Positions 36,674 to 47,536 of a DNA stretch of 64,000 bases are shown piece after piece. The notes under the pieces are model-generated. The model made no database searches, was not told the DNA's origin, and saw only the letters and a list, made by a program, of their open reading frames with translations. Location: the NCBI GenBank assembly GCA_963662735.1, contig OY759744.1:970153-1034152 (forward strand), in the 5' to 3' direction. How positions within the stretch are numbered: position 1 is the first letter of the stretch; every line of letters starts with the position of its first letter. The stretch comes from an uncultured Methanoregula sp. Lineage in GTDB: Archaea > Halobacteriota > Methanomicrobia > Methanomicrobiales > Methanospirillaceae. The position numbers and the translations under genes were made by a program.

Positions 36674-37066
36674 TCATTCCATGGTTACGTACCTGACGAT
36701 CCGCTCCACTGCTGCAGGGAGGTTCTTTTCCCCCTGGATCGCAACCATCTCGTACTCCAGGAGCGCAGATTTTTTCAAATCCTCTATCTCGCTCTCGGTC
36801 TTTCCCCGTTCCTTCCAGTATACCTGTTCGGCCGTGGTTTTTCCGGCCAGGTCTGCCGTGCAGAGCAGATCCTCTGCCTCGGTCCGGGCGGCGGCAACAA
36901 CCGCTTCGGCCTCTGCCCGGGCCCGGTCAACCCTCCCGGCAACCTCCTGCTCCTTCTCCCGGATCTGCTGCAGGAGTGTCTTTTCAGTGTCCGTATGCCT
37001 CCCCTCCGTTACAGCCCGTGCTTCCGTTTCAGGACCGAGGTCACGCCGCACGGGGGCGGCCCGCAC
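36674..37066 (-). CDS. atpH: A1AO ATP synthase subunit H
   Basis: Charged helical protein (LLQQIREKEQEVAGRVDRARAEAEAVVAAARTEAEDLL) directly upstream of atpI. The start is uncertain (ATG 37066 or GTG five codons later). Confidence 0.7.
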   Translation of the reverse strand: MRAAPVRRDLGPETEARAVTEGRHTDTEKTLLQQIREKEQEVAGRVDRARAEAEAVVAAARTEAEDLLCTADLAGKTTAEQVYWKERGKTESEIEDLKKSALLEYEMVAIQGEKNLPAAVERIVRYVTME

Positions 37067-37376
37067 ACCGCATCCCGTTCCTCACCGGGAACCTCTTTCC
37101 CGATCATTGCCTTCGCGCTTCGCGCCGCATCTTCTATCCGTTTCCGGCAGTTCCCGACAGCCGCTTCCCGCATCAAGCCTATCGTTTTCATGATATCCTG
37201 TGCCATGGACCGGTGCTCCTCTGAGAAGATGATCAAGTGGACTATACTTCCGGAGGAGGATAAATACTTTCTTGCCTCCTGCCGGTCGTCAGTAAAAAGA
37301 AATTCATTAATTATCCGGGCAACTACATTGTTCAGGGAATTATCAACCCGCCGTGCCGGGTTTCCGGAGACCTTCT

Positions 37377-38495
37377 ATGGAAATAGCTGCAACCCTCGGG
37401 TTACTCACGATATTCGTTCTCGTCCTCATCCTGCCGTTCAGGGTGAAATGCATAGAACATAACCTCGAGGTCTTCCTCTTTGCCTGCGGGGTTGTGGCCC
37501 TGACCATATCGGGGCTTGTAACCATCCCCGGTGAGCAGACCGGCTGGAGCATGGCGATCATCAGCGAAGCACTCCTCTCGCCCCTCAATATCACGAACAT
37601 CCTGGGGATTCCCATCGGGATCGTCCAGATCGTCCTCGTCGTGGGGCTCCTCATCTATTATTTCTATCACCAGATGCAGGGGGCAATCGTCGGCCTGATC
37701 GACCGCGTTTCCCTGAAATGGATCGTCTTTTTCCTCATCGTCATCTTAGGCCTGGTATCAAGTATAATCTCTGCAATTCTTGCCGCCATCATCCTCGTTG
37801 AGATCGTCAACGCCCTGCCGGTTGTGCGGAAAGCCAAGATCGAGATCGCCGTGGTCTCCTGCTTCTCGATAGGTCTTGGCGCCGGGCTTACCCCTCTCGG
37901 GGAACCGCTCACCACGATCGTGGTCTCGAAACTCTCGGGAGCCCCGTACCATGCAGGGTTCACGTTTCTCTTCGACAAGCTGGCCATCTTCGTCATCCCC
38001 GCAGTCATTGCCCTTGGCATCGTCGGCGTTTTTCTCTTTGGCCGGAGCCATACCGGTGATACGGCACTGGAGTGCATGGTTGAACGGGAAACCCTCCGGG
38101 ACATCGTTCTCCGGGCCGGGAAAGTATACCTCTTCATCATGGCCCTGGTCTTCCTTGGCGAGGGTTTCAAGCCTCTCATCCTCGAATATGTTATCGGCAT
38201 TCCCCCCGCAGGCCTGTACTGGGTGAACATCGTCTCGGCAGTGCTGGACAATGCAACCCTCGCAGCAGCCGAGATCAGCCCCGTCCTCTCCATCAGCCAG
38301 ATCACGAGCGCGTTGATGGGCCTGCTCATTGCAGGCGGGATGCTCATCCCCGGTAACATCCCCAACATCATCGCTGCCTGCAAGCTCGGGATCACGAGCA
38401 AAGAGTGGGCACGGGTGGGTCTCCCGCTGGGCATGGCCATGATGGCAGTCTTCTTTGTCATCCTCTTTGTTCCCGCATGGCTGGGATTCCTGTAA
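37377..38495 (+). CDS. polytopic membrane protein, DUF1646-like predicted cation transporter
   Basis: About 372 aa and roughly 10 hydrophobic helices. The family assignment is from memory of the MEIAATLGLL.. N-terminus pattern, so it is tentative. Confidence 0.55.
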   Translation: MEIAATLGLLTIFVLVLILPFRVKCIEHNLEVFLFACGVVALTISGLVTIPGEQTGWSMAIISEALLSPLNITNILGIPIGIVQIVLVVGLLIYYFYHQMQGAIVGLIDRVSLKWIVFFLIVILGLVSSIISAILAAIILVEIVNALPVVRKAKIEIAVVSCFSIGLGAGLTPLGEPLTTIVVSKLSGAPYHAGFTFLFDKLAIFVIPAVIALGIVGVFLFGRSHTGDTALECMVERETLRDIVLRAGKVYLFIMALVFLGEGFKPLILEYVIGIPPAGLYWVNIVSAVLDNATLAAAEISPVLSISQITSALMGLLIAGGMLIPGNIPNIIAACKLGITSKEWARVGLPLGMAMMAVFFVILFVPAWLGFL

Positions 38496-38551
38496 CCCCG
38501 GACGGGAATGGAAACAACCAAGAGGGAACAGTTCCCAGATCAGTGATAACT

Positions 38552-39088
38552 ATGGCACAAACGGGTGGGAAGATTCACATTGCAGATGAAGCGATCCTGG
38601 AACAGATCGCGGCCCTGGGCGATCCGGTAATTGACCGGCGGCATGAGGCGGTATCGGCGCTGAGGGAGATCGGCGAACCTGCGGTTGCCCCGCTGATAGC
38701 AGCGGCCGCGGAGGCTCTGGACAATGACCGGCGCTGGTACGCCTCGGTGGCACTCTCGCGGATCGGTGAGCCCGCCATCGCCCCGCTGATAGCAGCGATG
38801 CAGGACAACACCTCGCGGGAGTTCCGCAAGTATGCCGCTGCTGCCCTTGGCGAGATCGGTGTCCCGGCCATTGAGGCCCTGATCGACGGGATGGGAAGCA
38901 ACGACCGGGAGCTCCGGGGCTTTCTCTCGCAGGCACTCTGCCGGATCGGCAAGCCCGCCGTGGAACCGCTCACCCGCCGGCTCAGTGATGCCAACGAGAT
39001 CATACAGCAGTGCGCCACCCTCACGCTCTGGCAGATGGGGGAGACCGGCCTTCCGTCGATGGTCGAGAAGATGCAGGAAGAGGAGTAA
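38552..39088 (+). CDS. HEAT/PBS-lyase-like repeat protein (short)
   Basis: 178 aa from ATG 38552, with five repeats of ..R..A..AL..IG.PA(V/I).PLI.A. Confidence 0.8.
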   Translation: MAQTGGKIHIADEAILEQIAALGDPVIDRRHEAVSALREIGEPAVAPLIAAAAEALDNDRRWYASVALSRIGEPAIAPLIAAMQDNTSREFRKYAAAALGEIGVPAIEALIDGMGSNDRELRGFLSQALCRIGKPAVEPLTRRLSDANEIIQQCATLTLWQMGETGLPSMVEKMQEEE

Positions 39089-39165
39089 CCGCTCCCGGCC
39101 GGTACCGCTTTTTTAATGGGTCCGTATCCGAACCAATAAATCCCCTCCCGGAGAATCCTACCGGT

Positions 39166-42100
39166 ATGCTTGAGCTCTCGCCCGTGATGCAGGCTTACGA
39201 GAAGTCCTTGCTGGACGAGCTGCACCGCACCATAGCGATAGCAAAGGAGGCCCGGTCCCGGGGTCTCGACCCGACGCTTGATGTGGAGATCCCGATTGCA
39301 AGCGATCTTGCCGACCGGGTTGAAGCACTCCTGAATATCAAGGGGGTTGCGGCCCGCATCCGGGAGCTCGAAGCGGAAATGTCCCGCGAGGAGGCCGCTC
39401 TCCGGATCGGTGACGACTTCGTTGCCCGGAAGTTCGGGGAAAAAGACATCATGGAGGTGCTCGACCACGCGATCCGTGTCTCGATGGCACTCCTGACCGA
39501 AGGGGTCGTTGCCGCACCAACAGAAGGGATAGCAAAGGTTGCGCTTGGCAAGAACGATGACGGGACGCAGTACCTGATGATCTTCTATGCAGGACCGATC
39601 CGGAGTGCCGGGGGTACTGCGCAGGCCATGTCCGTGCTTGTTGGCGACTATGTGCGCCAGAAACTCGGGATCAACCGCTATATCCCGCGGCAGGAGGAGG
39701 TGGAGCGGTATATCGAGGAGATCCGGCAGTACAACTCCATCATGAACCTCCAGTACCTGCCCAGCGAGGCCGAGATCCGGCTCATTATCGAGAACTGCCC
39801 GGTCTGTGTTGATGGCGAAGCAACCGAGCAGGAAGAGGTCTCGGGCCACCGCAACCTCGAACGGGTGGAGACGAACGTTGTCCGTGGTGGCATGGCGCTC
39901 GTTATCGGGGAAGGTATTGCCGGCAAGGCCCGGAAACTCAAGGGCCGGGTCGAGAAGATGAAGATGGAGGGCTGGGACTGGCTTGACAAGCTGATCGCCG
40001 GGGCAGCAAAGAGCGGCGACGACAAGACGGTGGGTATCAAGCCGCTCGACAAGTACCTCCGCGATCTCATCGGCGGCCGGCCGGTCTTTGCCTACCCGAT
40101 GCGCAAAGGCGGGTTCCGGCTCCGGTACGGGCGGTCGCGGAACACCGGGTTTGCCGCAGCAGGAATGCACCCGGCCACCCTGTACATTCTCGGCGAATTT
40201 CTCGCAACCGGCACCCAGATGAAGACCGAGCGGCCGGGCAAGGCCTGCGGGGTGGTGCCGGTCGACTCCATCGAAGGCCCGACCGTGCGGCTCAGGAACG
40301 GTGACGTGCTCCGGATCGATGACGAGGCAACAGCAAAGCGGCTGAATGCCGGGATCGAGAAGATCCTCGATGTCGGCGAGATCCTCATCTCGTTCGGGGA
40401 GTTCCTGGAGAACAACCACCCGCTGATTCCTGCAGGGTACTGTGCGGAATGGTGGCAGCTTGATGCCGGTCCCGAAGTAAAACCTCCCGCAACCGAGGAG
40501 GAGGCGCTGGCCTTTGCCCGTGCCGGGGGCTATCTCCACCCGGCCTGGACCTGGTTCTGGGACGACGTTACCGCCGACCAGATCCGGGAACTTGCCGATG
40601 CCGTATCCGGCAAAGGATCGATCGCAGACGGGGTTCTCCGGCTGCCCCTTGAACCGGCAACCAAGACTTCTTTCGAACTCCTCCTCATCCCCCACACGGT
40701 GAACGGGGAATCTGTCGAGATCGCATCCTGGAAGGCGCTCGCTGCCTGCCTCGGCCTGGACGAGAACCTCAAAAAACGCGATGCCTGGGCAACCGCCGGG
40801 GACAAAGCCCCGCTCGACCTGGTCCTGCACCTGGCCGGTTTTGCGATGCGGTCCCGGTCCGGCACAAGGATCGGAGGCCGTATGGGCCGCCCGGGGAAGT
40901 CCAAGCCCCGGAAGATGAATCCTCCCCCGCATGTCCTCTTCCCTCTTGGGGACTCGGGAGGTGCACGGCGCTCGTTCCAGTCAGCCTCCGCCCACACCGC
41001 CGATGTGGATCAGGCTATCACCGATCTCGATTTCCAGAAAGAAGGGGGTATCATCGAGATCGAGGTGGGCCGGCGCCGTTGTTCGGAGTGCGGGGAGATC
41101 AACTATCTCAACCGGTGCGAGAAGTGCGGGGGACATACCGTCGCGTTCTTCATCTGTACCAAGTGCGGGAGGGAGACAACGCTCCCCCGTTGCCCGGGCT
41201 GCGACGGCCAGGTTGTCTGCAGCCAGCGGATCACCCTGAACGTGAAAGGCGAGTACGCAAAAGCCATGGACCGGCTGGGGATCAGGAGCGAAAGCGTTGC
41301 TCTTGTCAAAGGGGTCAAGGGGGTTATCTCCCGCGAGAAGACCGTGGAGACGATGGAGAAGGGGATTCTCCGGGCCATCCGGAACATCTTTGTCTTCAAG
41401 GACGGCACCACCCGCTTCGATATGATCGACCTCCCCCTCACCCACATCCGTCCCGATGAAGTCCGGGTTTCTGTCGAGAAGCTCCGTTCCCTGGGATACA
41501 CGAAGGATACGAGGGGCTATGATCTCCAGAACCCGTCGCAGGTGGTGGAGCTCCATCCGCAGGATCTCCTGGTGTCCGATTCCTGTGCCGAGTACATGGT
41601 CAGCGTGGCGCAGTTCATGGATGACCTGCTCGTGAAATGTTACGGCCTTCCCCCGTTCTACAACATCACCAAACCCGAGGAGCTTGTCGGCCACCTCGTC
41701 ATCGGCCTTGCCCCGCACACGAGCGCCGGCGTCCTTGCCCGGATCGTCGGGTTCACGCGGGCGAACGTCGGCTATGCCCACCCGTTCTTCCACGCTGCCA
41801 AGCGCCGGAACTGCTTCTACGGGGATACGGAGGTCGATGTCTACGATGGCCGGCACTGGGTGAAAACCCCGATCCGGAAATTCGTTCTCGAAAATTTTGA
41901 CCTCAGCCGTCCGGGTATCGACCGGCTCGGGACGTACTACTCGGATCCTGCCAGCCCGTTCTTTACCCGGGCCGTGGATACGAACGGGATAATGCATCTC
42001 CGGAAAATTACATCGGTTTCCATTCACCGTTCACCCGCGGCCCTGATCCGGTTCACGACAGCCCGGGGCCGGGAACTCGTGGTCACTCCCGATCACGCGA

Positions 42101-43077
42101 TGCTTGTCTGGGATACGAGTTACCTGCGGAAGATCCGGGCCGTGGAACTCAAAGCCGGCGATGCAGTCCCCGTCTTCGAGGGCTCGTGTGTCATTTCGGA
42201 CCGGATAACGCTTACCGAACCGGTGCCGGCTCCCGAGGAGCGGGTCTACTGCCTGACCGTTGCGGAAGATCACACGATGACGGCCAATGATATCTTTACC
42301 GGCCAGTGCGATGGCGACGAGGACTGCATCATGCTCCTTCTCGACGGGCTCATCAACTTCTCGCGCTCGTTCCTGCCGCAGAACCGGGGCGGGTCGATGG
42401 ACGCCCCCCTCGTGCTGACGAGCCGGATCGATCCGGCCGAGATCGACAAGGAAGCCCTCAACGTGGATGTCTGCGACCATTACCCGATCGAAGTCTATAC
42501 GGGCGCCCTCACGTATGTTGAGCCAAAGACAATTGCCGGGCTCATCGACCGGGTCGAGAAACGGATCGGCACTCCCGCCCAGGTCGAAGGCTTCCAGTTC
42601 ACCCACGACACCTCGGACATCTCCGCCGGGCCTATCGAATCGATGTACACCCAGATGAAGACGATGACCGACAAGCTCGGGGCCGAGCTCGACCTTGCCG
42701 AGAAGATCCGGGCCGTGGATGCCGATGATGTTGCAGAACGGGTGCTCAACACCCACTTCATCCGCGATCTCATGGGCAACCTATCGGCCTTCTCCAAGCA
42801 GAAGTTCCGGTGCACGAAATGCAATACCAGTTACCGCCGGATGCCGCTTTCCGGCAAGTGCACCAAGTGGCGGGGCAAGGGTTTCTGCAACAGCCCGCTC
42901 ATCCCGACCGTGCACGAAGGCTCGGTGAAAAAATACCTGGAAATGTCCCGGGAGATCTGCCGGAAGTACAAGGTCTCGGAGTACACCAAGCAGCGGGTCG
43001 AGGTCATCGATCTTGCCATCACCTCAACCTTCGGGGAAGAGAAGCAGCAGCAGCTGGGCCTTGCGGATTTCATGTAA
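39166..43077 (+). CDS. polC: DNA polymerase II (PolD) large subunit DP2, intein-containing
   Basis: Conserved DP2 blocks throughout, Zn-finger cluster CSECG...CEKCG...CTKCG...CPGCD, and active-site region ...HAAKRRN / [14 protein letters not shown] split by an insert. ATG 39166 is used. Confidence 0.93.
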   Translation: MLELSPVMQAYEKSLLDELHRTIAIAKEARSRGLDPTLDVEIPIASDLADRVEALLNIKGVAARIRELEAEMSREEAALRIGDDFVARKFGEKDIMEVLDHAIRVSMALLTEGVVAAPTEGIAKVALGKNDDGTQYLMIFYAGPIRSAGGTAQAMSVLVGDYVRQKLGINRYIPRQEEVERYIEEIRQYNSIMNLQYLPSEAEIRLIIENCPVCVDGEATEQEEVSGHRNLERVETNVVRGGMALVIGEGIAGKARKLKGRVEKMKMEGWDWLDKLIAGAAKSGDDKTVGIKPLDKYLRDLIGGRPVFAYPMRKGGFRLRYGRSRNTGFAAAGMHPATLYILGEFLATGTQMKTERPGKACGVVPVDSIEGPTVRLRNGDVLRIDDEATAKRLNAGIEKILDVGEILISFGEFLENNHPLIPAGYCAEWWQLDAGPEVKPPATEEEALAFARAGGYLHPAWTWFWDDVTADQIRELADAVSGKGSIADGVLRLPLEPATKTSFELLLIPHTVNGESVEIASWKALAACLGLDENLKKRDAWATAGDKAPLDLVLHLAGFAMRSRSGTRIGGRMGRPGKSKPRKMNPPPHVLFPLGDSGGARRSFQSASAHTADVDQAITDLDFQKEGGIIEIEVGRRRCSECGEINYLNRCEKCGGHTVAFFICTKCGRETTLPRCPGCDGQVVCSQRITLNVKGEYAKAMDRLGIRSESVALVKGVKGVISREKTVETMEKGILRAIRNIFVFKDGTTRFDMIDLPLTHIRPDEVRVSVEKLRSLGYTKDTRGYDLQNPSQVVELHPQDLLVSDSCAEYMVSVAQFMDDLLVKCYGLPPFYNITKPEELVGHLVIGLAPHTSAGVLARIVGFTRANVGYAHPFFHAAKRRNCFYGDTEVDVYDGRHWVKTPIRKFVLENFDLSRPGIDRLGTYYSDPASPFFTRAVDTNGIMHLRKITSVSIHRSPAALIRFTTARGRELVVTPDHAMLVWDTSYLRKIRAVELKAGDAVPVFEGSCVISDRITLTEPVPAPEERVYCLTVAEDHTMTANDIFTGQCDGDEDCIMLLLDGLINFSRSFLPQNRGGSMDAPLVLTSRIDPAEIDKEALNVDVCDHYPIEVYTGALTYVEPKTIAGLIDRVEKRIGTPAQVEGFQFTHDTSDISAGPIESMYTQMKTMTDKLGAELDLAEKIRAVDADDVAERVLNTHFIRDLMGNLSAFSKQKFRCTKCNTSYRRMPLSGKCTKWRGKGFCNSPLIPTVHEGSVKKYLEMSREICRKYKVSEYTKQRVEVIDLAITSTFGEEKQQQLGLADFM
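41812..42306 (+). mobile_element. 165-aa mini-intein inside PolD DP2
   Basis: The insert CFYGDTEV...[10 protein letters not shown]...DIFTGQ sits between RRN and CDGDED. It begins with Cys, carries a TxxH block B and is followed by Cys(+1). No homing-endonuclease domain is present. Confidence 0.8.
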
Positions 43078-43100
43078 CTTTTTAATCCCCTTTTTATCTT
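43078..43100 (+). terminator. T-tracts after polC
   Basis: ctttttaatcccctttttatc follows directly after the stop codon. Confidence 0.3.
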
Positions 43101-43208
43101 GAAGGAGTGAATCCGGGCTGTTACTTCCCGTTGTCCGGATGATTCTGTGGGAAGGGATGCCTGTACGCTCAAAGCTTTTTACTGTCCCAAAACCAATACT
43201 ATTCCCAA

Positions 43209-43291
43209 GCGAGAATATCTAAGTGGCCAACAGAGGCGGACTCAAGATCCGTTCCCGCAGGGGTTCGCAGGTTCAACTCCTGCTTCTCGCA
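43209..43291 (+). tRNA. tRNA-Leu (anticodon CAA)
   Basis: 7-bp acceptor GCGAGAA/TTCTCGC, anticodon arm GCGGA-CTCAAGA-TCCGT, long variable arm TCCCGCAGGGGTTC, T arm GCAGG-TTCAACT-CCTGC and discriminator A. CCA is not encoded. Confidence 0.9.
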
Positions 43292-43479
43292 TCCAGATCG
43301 CGTTTTTGCCGATTTTCACGTGACCTTTCCTGTCGTATCGACACTATCCGTCTCACCCGGACGAACACGATGTTACCCCCAGTTTCATGCAACGGGCGAA
43401 CCCGCGTTTCCGGAATTTTAATATTTTTTAAAAACTGATTTTTGTACTACCGTATCAGCGAACATTACAAGGTGAAATC

Positions 43480-44013
43480 ATGAAAAAAATCGCATTGCTC
43501 GCACTTGCATTCTGTCTCATACTGGTTGCAGGCTGTTCAGGTACGCCATCCACCCCCGCGATATCTCCGACCCCCTCAGCCAGTCCGGTGACCGTAAAAG
43601 AGCCCTCGGTAATAAAAAGCGGCAACTACTCGCTGACATCATCAATCGATCTCATTGAAACTGATTCGCCGGGCCCCGGGAAACATACCGTCAACATCTA
43701 TCTCCGGGTAACAAATACCGGCAACGAATCAATCCGTCTGGCCTGGTTCAGCAAACTTACGGATAAAAACGGGCTGTCTCATGGTGGCATCGGCGTTTCC
43801 CACGGTGGATCAGGAGCCCAGACATTCGTCTTCTCTCCCAATACAACGTACACGTCGCGGGACTATGTCACGATTGACTCCGACCGGGATTATGCTGCAT
43901 TGAAAGAGGGGGGAGCAACGCTCGATGTCGTCTATTCAGATCAGAAGTCTCTCCTGGAACCGATTCCAAACCTGAGCTCCACGTGGAATCTGGAACCCTC
44001 CTATTTCTGGTGA
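43480..44013 (+). CDS. secreted lipoprotein-like hypothetical protein
   Basis: MKKIALLALAFCLILVAGC signal/lipobox followed by a beta-rich body. Confidence 0.6.
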   Translation: MKKIALLALAFCLILVAGCSGTPSTPAISPTPSASPVTVKEPSVIKSGNYSLTSSIDLIETDSPGPGKHTVNIYLRVTNTGNESIRLAWFSKLTDKNGLSHGGIGVSHGGSGAQTFVFSPNTTYTSRDYVTIDSDRDYAALKEGGATLDVVYSDQKSLLEPIPNLSSTWNLEPSYFW

Positions 44014-44275
44014 TCTTTTTTCATCTCCTTTTTTCCCTGCCGCGATGACCCCTGATCGCACATTATGTGCATGATCATCCGCCGCTTACGTGCATTACCG
44101 GTTTTTCAGGATATCCGGCCCAGGCTGGCTTACGGTACCGAAACCATCAACATCGGCAAAACGGAATGTATGATAAGTATCCGGCCGTGGGATGCCCGTG
44201 AAGCATCTCATGGGGGGAAAAACCAGATCGGGAAACCATTCCCGGTACATACGGAACAATCCTGTGTAACGTTCT

Positions 44276-44917
44276 ATGGATGCAAGCCTGTTTATCCAGG
44301 GAATTATCATCGGCCTCACCCTCGCCGTACCGGTAGGGCCGCTCTCGCTCCTGTGCATCCAGCGTGCCGTGACCGACGGGAGGTTTCACGGGATCGTATC
44401 GGGAATCGGGATTGCCACCGCGGACTCTTTCTATGCGGCAGTTGCCTTTCTTGGCCTGACCATAATATCGGGAATGATCATTGCCCAGCAGGTGCTGTTC
44501 CGGGTAATCGCCGGCATCGTTCTTCTCATCATCGGGGTGAAAGTATTTCTCGCAGTTCCTCCTGAGGCAAAAGCCCGCCCGGAACACGAATCCTATGTCA
44601 GGGATTACCTGACCACCGTTGCCATTGGCATTGCAAACCCCTTAACCATCATCTTCTTTATTGCGATCTTACCCGCCTTCGGGGTTGTTTTTCAGGGAGC
44701 TTCCCAGGTACTGGCAGCGGAGTTCGTTGCCGGGGTCTTCTGTGGATCAACTCTCTGGTGGATCGTTCTCTGCGGCTCGATTGGCACCTTCCGCTCCCGG
44801 TTAAGCACCGACAACTTACGGCAGATCAATAAAATTTCCGGCATCATGATAGTCTTCATCGGTGCCGGGATGCTCGCCCTCCTCCTTCTTTCATGGAGCC
44901 GGGGTTTTACCGGGTGA
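44276..44917 (+). CDS. LysE/RhtB-family amino-acid exporter
   Basis: 213 aa, six hydrophobic helices, N-terminal ..G(I/L)..G..LA.P.GP.. motif. Confidence 0.8.
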   Translation: MDASLFIQGIIIGLTLAVPVGPLSLLCIQRAVTDGRFHGIVSGIGIATADSFYAAVAFLGLTIISGMIIAQQVLFRVIAGIVLLIIGVKVFLAVPPEAKARPEHESYVRDYLTTVAIGIANPLTIIFFIAILPAFGVVFQGASQVLAAEFVAGVFCGSTLWWIVLCGSIGTFRSRLSTDNLRQINKISGIMIVFIGAGMLALLLLSWSRGFTG

Positions 44918-45085
44918 TCCGGTAAATTCCGGATTTTGCATTGCCCCCGTTTCTCTGGAATCCGATTTAGGTCCGGATCCGGTTTTTCATCCCTGCCGTG
45001 GATAAATATATTTTCCTTGACACCAACAATTAAGCACGTAATACCAGAAAAACCACAGGGATAAGGAGAGGTTCTGCTGACAGAT

Positions 45086-45385
45086 ATGAATCCGGGAACT
45101 CCCCCGGGAGACGAGATCGTAAGGGTAAAACTGCCCCAGAAACGCAACCGCGAACTATTCGGGTGTGCCGAGCTGATGATGGGTGCAAACCATATCCGTG
45201 TCCGCTGCTTTGACGGCGTTACAAGGATGGGCAGGATCAAGGGAAAGATCAAAAAGAAAGTCTGGATCCGCGAATGTGACATTCTCATCGTGATCCCGTG
45301 GAATTTCCAGGATGAGAAATGCGACATCGTTTACCGGTACACCGGCCCGCAGGTCGAGTGGCTCCGGCGGAACAAATATCTCTGA
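45086..45385 (+). CDS. eif1a: translation initiation factor aIF-1A
   Basis: 99 aa with an S1-like OB fold: VRVKLPQKRNRELFGCAELMMGANHIRVRCFDGVTRMGRIKGKIKKKVWI. Confidence 0.92.
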   Translation: MNPGTPPGDEIVRVKLPQKRNRELFGCAELMMGANHIRVRCFDGVTRMGRIKGKIKKKVWIRECDILIVIPWNFQDEKCDIVYRYTGPQVEWLRRNKYL

Positions 45386-45425
45386 TCTCTTCTCTCCTTT
45401 TTTCAACAGAATTAAAAAATGGATG

Positions 45426-46241
45426 TCAGAGTGATTTGATTATGACATCATATGTTTTTATGACCAGCCGGGCCGGGGGACTGGTTGTTGTTGGCAGCTT
45501 GTAGGTGATGGGTACGACACCAGGCGCACTGGTCCTGGTCATGCCGAGGGTGTTGACAAAATAGTTGTCCCATGCGGTCCGGTAATCCTGGGCCTCACCG
45601 GGAGTCTGGTCGGGAGTATAGTCGAGGTAAATATTCTCGCTGATCCCTTCCGTATACTGGTACCCGGTCTCTCCCATGGCCATCTGCACCGTCCCGATGC
45701 CGGCTATCGACATCACATCCGTACTGTTGAGGGATATGAGGTTGATCACCATCGTGTTGGTCTGGCCGTCATAGAACCAGCGGGGTTCAGCGAGCATGAC
45801 CGATCCCGGCTCCGCATGACGCCGCATCATCACGGCACCGTTCTGGAGTGAGATGTCCGTTCCGCTGCTCTCGGAAGAATACCTCAGGTCCCCGGACCGG
45901 AACGAATCAAGATAAACATGGGAGGAATCGTAGATCTTTATTGTCGAGGTAGTGGGCGTATAACTTGAGTTGTATACGGCCAGCGACCCGCCGCCAATCT
46001 TCAGGGAAGTCTCCTTGTAAGGCACGGTCTTGTAGGTAATTCCCTTGAGATCGTTCTGCAGCACGATCATGTTTTTTTCCATGATCTTCTCGTCAGCACT
46101 CACCTGCTGGGCCAGGAGCATCGGGTACCCGTAGAGGGTTACGAGCCCTATGCCCACGATGACCATCGTGAAGATAAGCAAAAACCCGATTGACTCCGAC
46201 ACTCCCGCTGTATATAACTCCCGGTCAGACTTTCCCGCCAT
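45426..46241 (-). CDS. archaeal type IV pilin-like protein (class III signal peptide)
   Basis: The N-terminus ...AGVSESIGFLLIFTMVIVGIGLVTLYG matches the archaeal prepilin pattern. Last gene of a six-gene overlapping operon. Confidence 0.65.
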   Translation of the reverse strand: MAGKSDRELYTAGVSESIGFLLIFTMVIVGIGLVTLYGYPMLLAQQVSADEKIMEKNMIVLQNDLKGITYKTVPYKETSLKIGGGSLAVYNSSYTPTTSTIKIYDSSHVYLDSFRSGDLRYSSESSGTDISLQNGAVMMRRHAEPGSVMLAEPRWFYDGQTNTMVINLISLNSTDVMSIAGIGTVQMAMGETGYQYTEGISENIYLDYTPDQTPGEAQDYRTAWDNYFVNTLGMTRTSAPGVVPITYKLPTTTSPPARLVIKTYDVIIKSL

Positions 46242-46696
46242 CAGAACCCCTCTGAATCATAACTGATCCTGTTCATCCCTGCTCCGGTAGTATTGCCCCC
46301 GGCCCTCCGGGTTGATCCGATCCCGGCGATCCCCACGCTGGAGGTTACGGAATTTCTCCAGACCGTTACGGTCTGGGCAGTCGGATCATCCCCGGCTGTA
46401 TTACCAATCTCGACAAAATAGTTCTGCCCGGCAACATCATCCGGTATATCGAAGTGGGAGGTGATATTCCCGATAGCCGGTGCGATAGCGTACGTGTCGA
46501 CAATCCGGGTGGAGACCCCGTTTCCTATATCGGTGAATGCCGAATATGTGATGGTGTTGGCCGGCCCTTCCATGAAATTTGCATTAACGAGAAGGAGCAT
46601 CACTACGAACAGGACCATCAGGACACCGGATATCATGACGTATTCAATCATGGTCGCGACGCCCCATTCTCCCTTACGATAATTTCCACGTCTCAT
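46241..46696 (-). CDS. archaeal pilin-like protein
   Basis: Short charged N-terminus followed by the hydrophobic helix ATMIEYVMISGVLMVLFVVMLLLV. Stop/start overlap with neighbours. Confidence 0.6.
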   Translation of the reverse strand: MRRGNYRKGEWGVATMIEYVMISGVLMVLFVVMLLLVNANFMEGPANTITYSAFTDIGNGVSTRIVDTYAIAPAIGNITSHFDIPDDVAGQNYFVEIGNTAGDDPTAQTVTVWRNSVTSSVGIAGIGSTRRAGGNTTGAGMNRISYDSEGF

Positions 46697-47033
46697 TGTA
46701 CGCGATCACCCCGTTGTTGTAATGAATTGTCGTGTAGGTATGCCCTCCCGACTGCAGGGATGCAAAATCCACGACAGCATTCTGACGGATCCGGGAGAGG
46801 TTACGGATCTCCCTCTGCACATTGATCCTGTCGGCGCCATCCAGTCCTTCCGACTGGATGATAACATCGCGGACCCCGCGGATATCGTATTTCGGGAACT
46901 CCGATACCGCTTCCGCCGTTGTCTGTCCCACCACGGTAGACTGGCTGACCACGATTGCCAGGAAGAAGAAGCTGAAGCTTACGATAAAGCCCATGAGGAT
47001 GATCCACTGGGCATCGTCATTCAGTCCCGCCAT
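46674..47033 (-). CDS. archaeal pilin-like protein
   Basis: MAGLNDDAQWIILMGFIVSFSFFFLAIVV N-terminal helix. Overlaps both neighbours. Confidence 0.6.
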   Translation of the reverse strand: MAGLNDDAQWIILMGFIVSFSFFFLAIVVSQSTVVGQTTAEAVSEFPKYDIRGVRDVIIQSEGLDGADRINVQREIRNLSRIRQNAVVDFASLQSGGHTYTTIHYNNGVIAYNETWKLS

Positions 47034-47536
47034 AAGTACACCTCCACGAGTGCGGCGTGTTCACCCGAACAGGACTGGGCATGGCATTCGGGAAACTGTT
47101 TCTTCACAAGTACCCACTGGGAAACGCGGACAGCATGTTCTCCCCCGGTCAGGCTGCGGCTCCCGCCAAGGGGGGTGCTGTTGTATTCCCCCGGTGTGCT
47201 GGGATTGTCGTAGACCACGCTTGCCCTGTACTGGATGGAATCCGGAGTCGTTCCGGTCCTGTTGTTCACGAGGTTCTTGAACATGGTCCCGAAGTTCACC
47301 GAATCGTCCGTTTCCACCATAGTCTGGAGAGGACTCTTTTCAAGCGTGCTGTTGGGTGCTGTATTCATCATTGCCAGGGCGTCGCTCCCTACTACCTCCA
47401 GCTGCATATCGGTGATGTGGGTATCCCCCGGTGTGTATACCGATGTACTGTTGACCACGATGAAGGCAGTCAGGAGCATGATGAGACCCGCGGCAATGCC
47501 TTCGATGGTATACAGCTGGCCGGTATCGTTTACCAT
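47021..47536 (-). CDS. archaeal pilin-like protein
   Basis: MVNDTGQLYTIEGIAAGLIMLLTAFIVV N-terminus. Overlaps both neighbours. Confidence 0.6.
   Translation of the reverse strand: MVNDTGQLYTIEGIAAGLIMLLTAFIVVNSTSVYTPGDTHITDMQLEVVGSDALAMMNTAPNSTLEKSPLQTMVETDDSVNFGTMFKNLVNNRTGTTPDSIQYRASVVYDNPSTPGEYNSTPLGGSRSLTGGEHAVRVSQWVLVKKQFPECHAQSCSGEHAALVEVYLWRD

Noticed and set aside
35453-37462. 669-aa plus-strand ORF
   Set aside because: It is antisense to atpI/atpH. It has low-complexity R/P/G-rich translation and no domain signatures.
38575-40932. 785-aa minus-strand ORF
   Set aside because: It is antisense to the HEAT gene and PolD DP2. The composition is typical of a shadow ORF.
43223-43438. 71-aa ORF
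   Set aside because: It starts inside tRNA-Leu and reads through it, so it is an artefact of the tRNA sequence.
44065-44565. 166-aa plus-strand ORF
   Set aside because: It overlaps the LysE-family gene in another frame, and only the LysE frame gives a coherent six-helix membrane protein.
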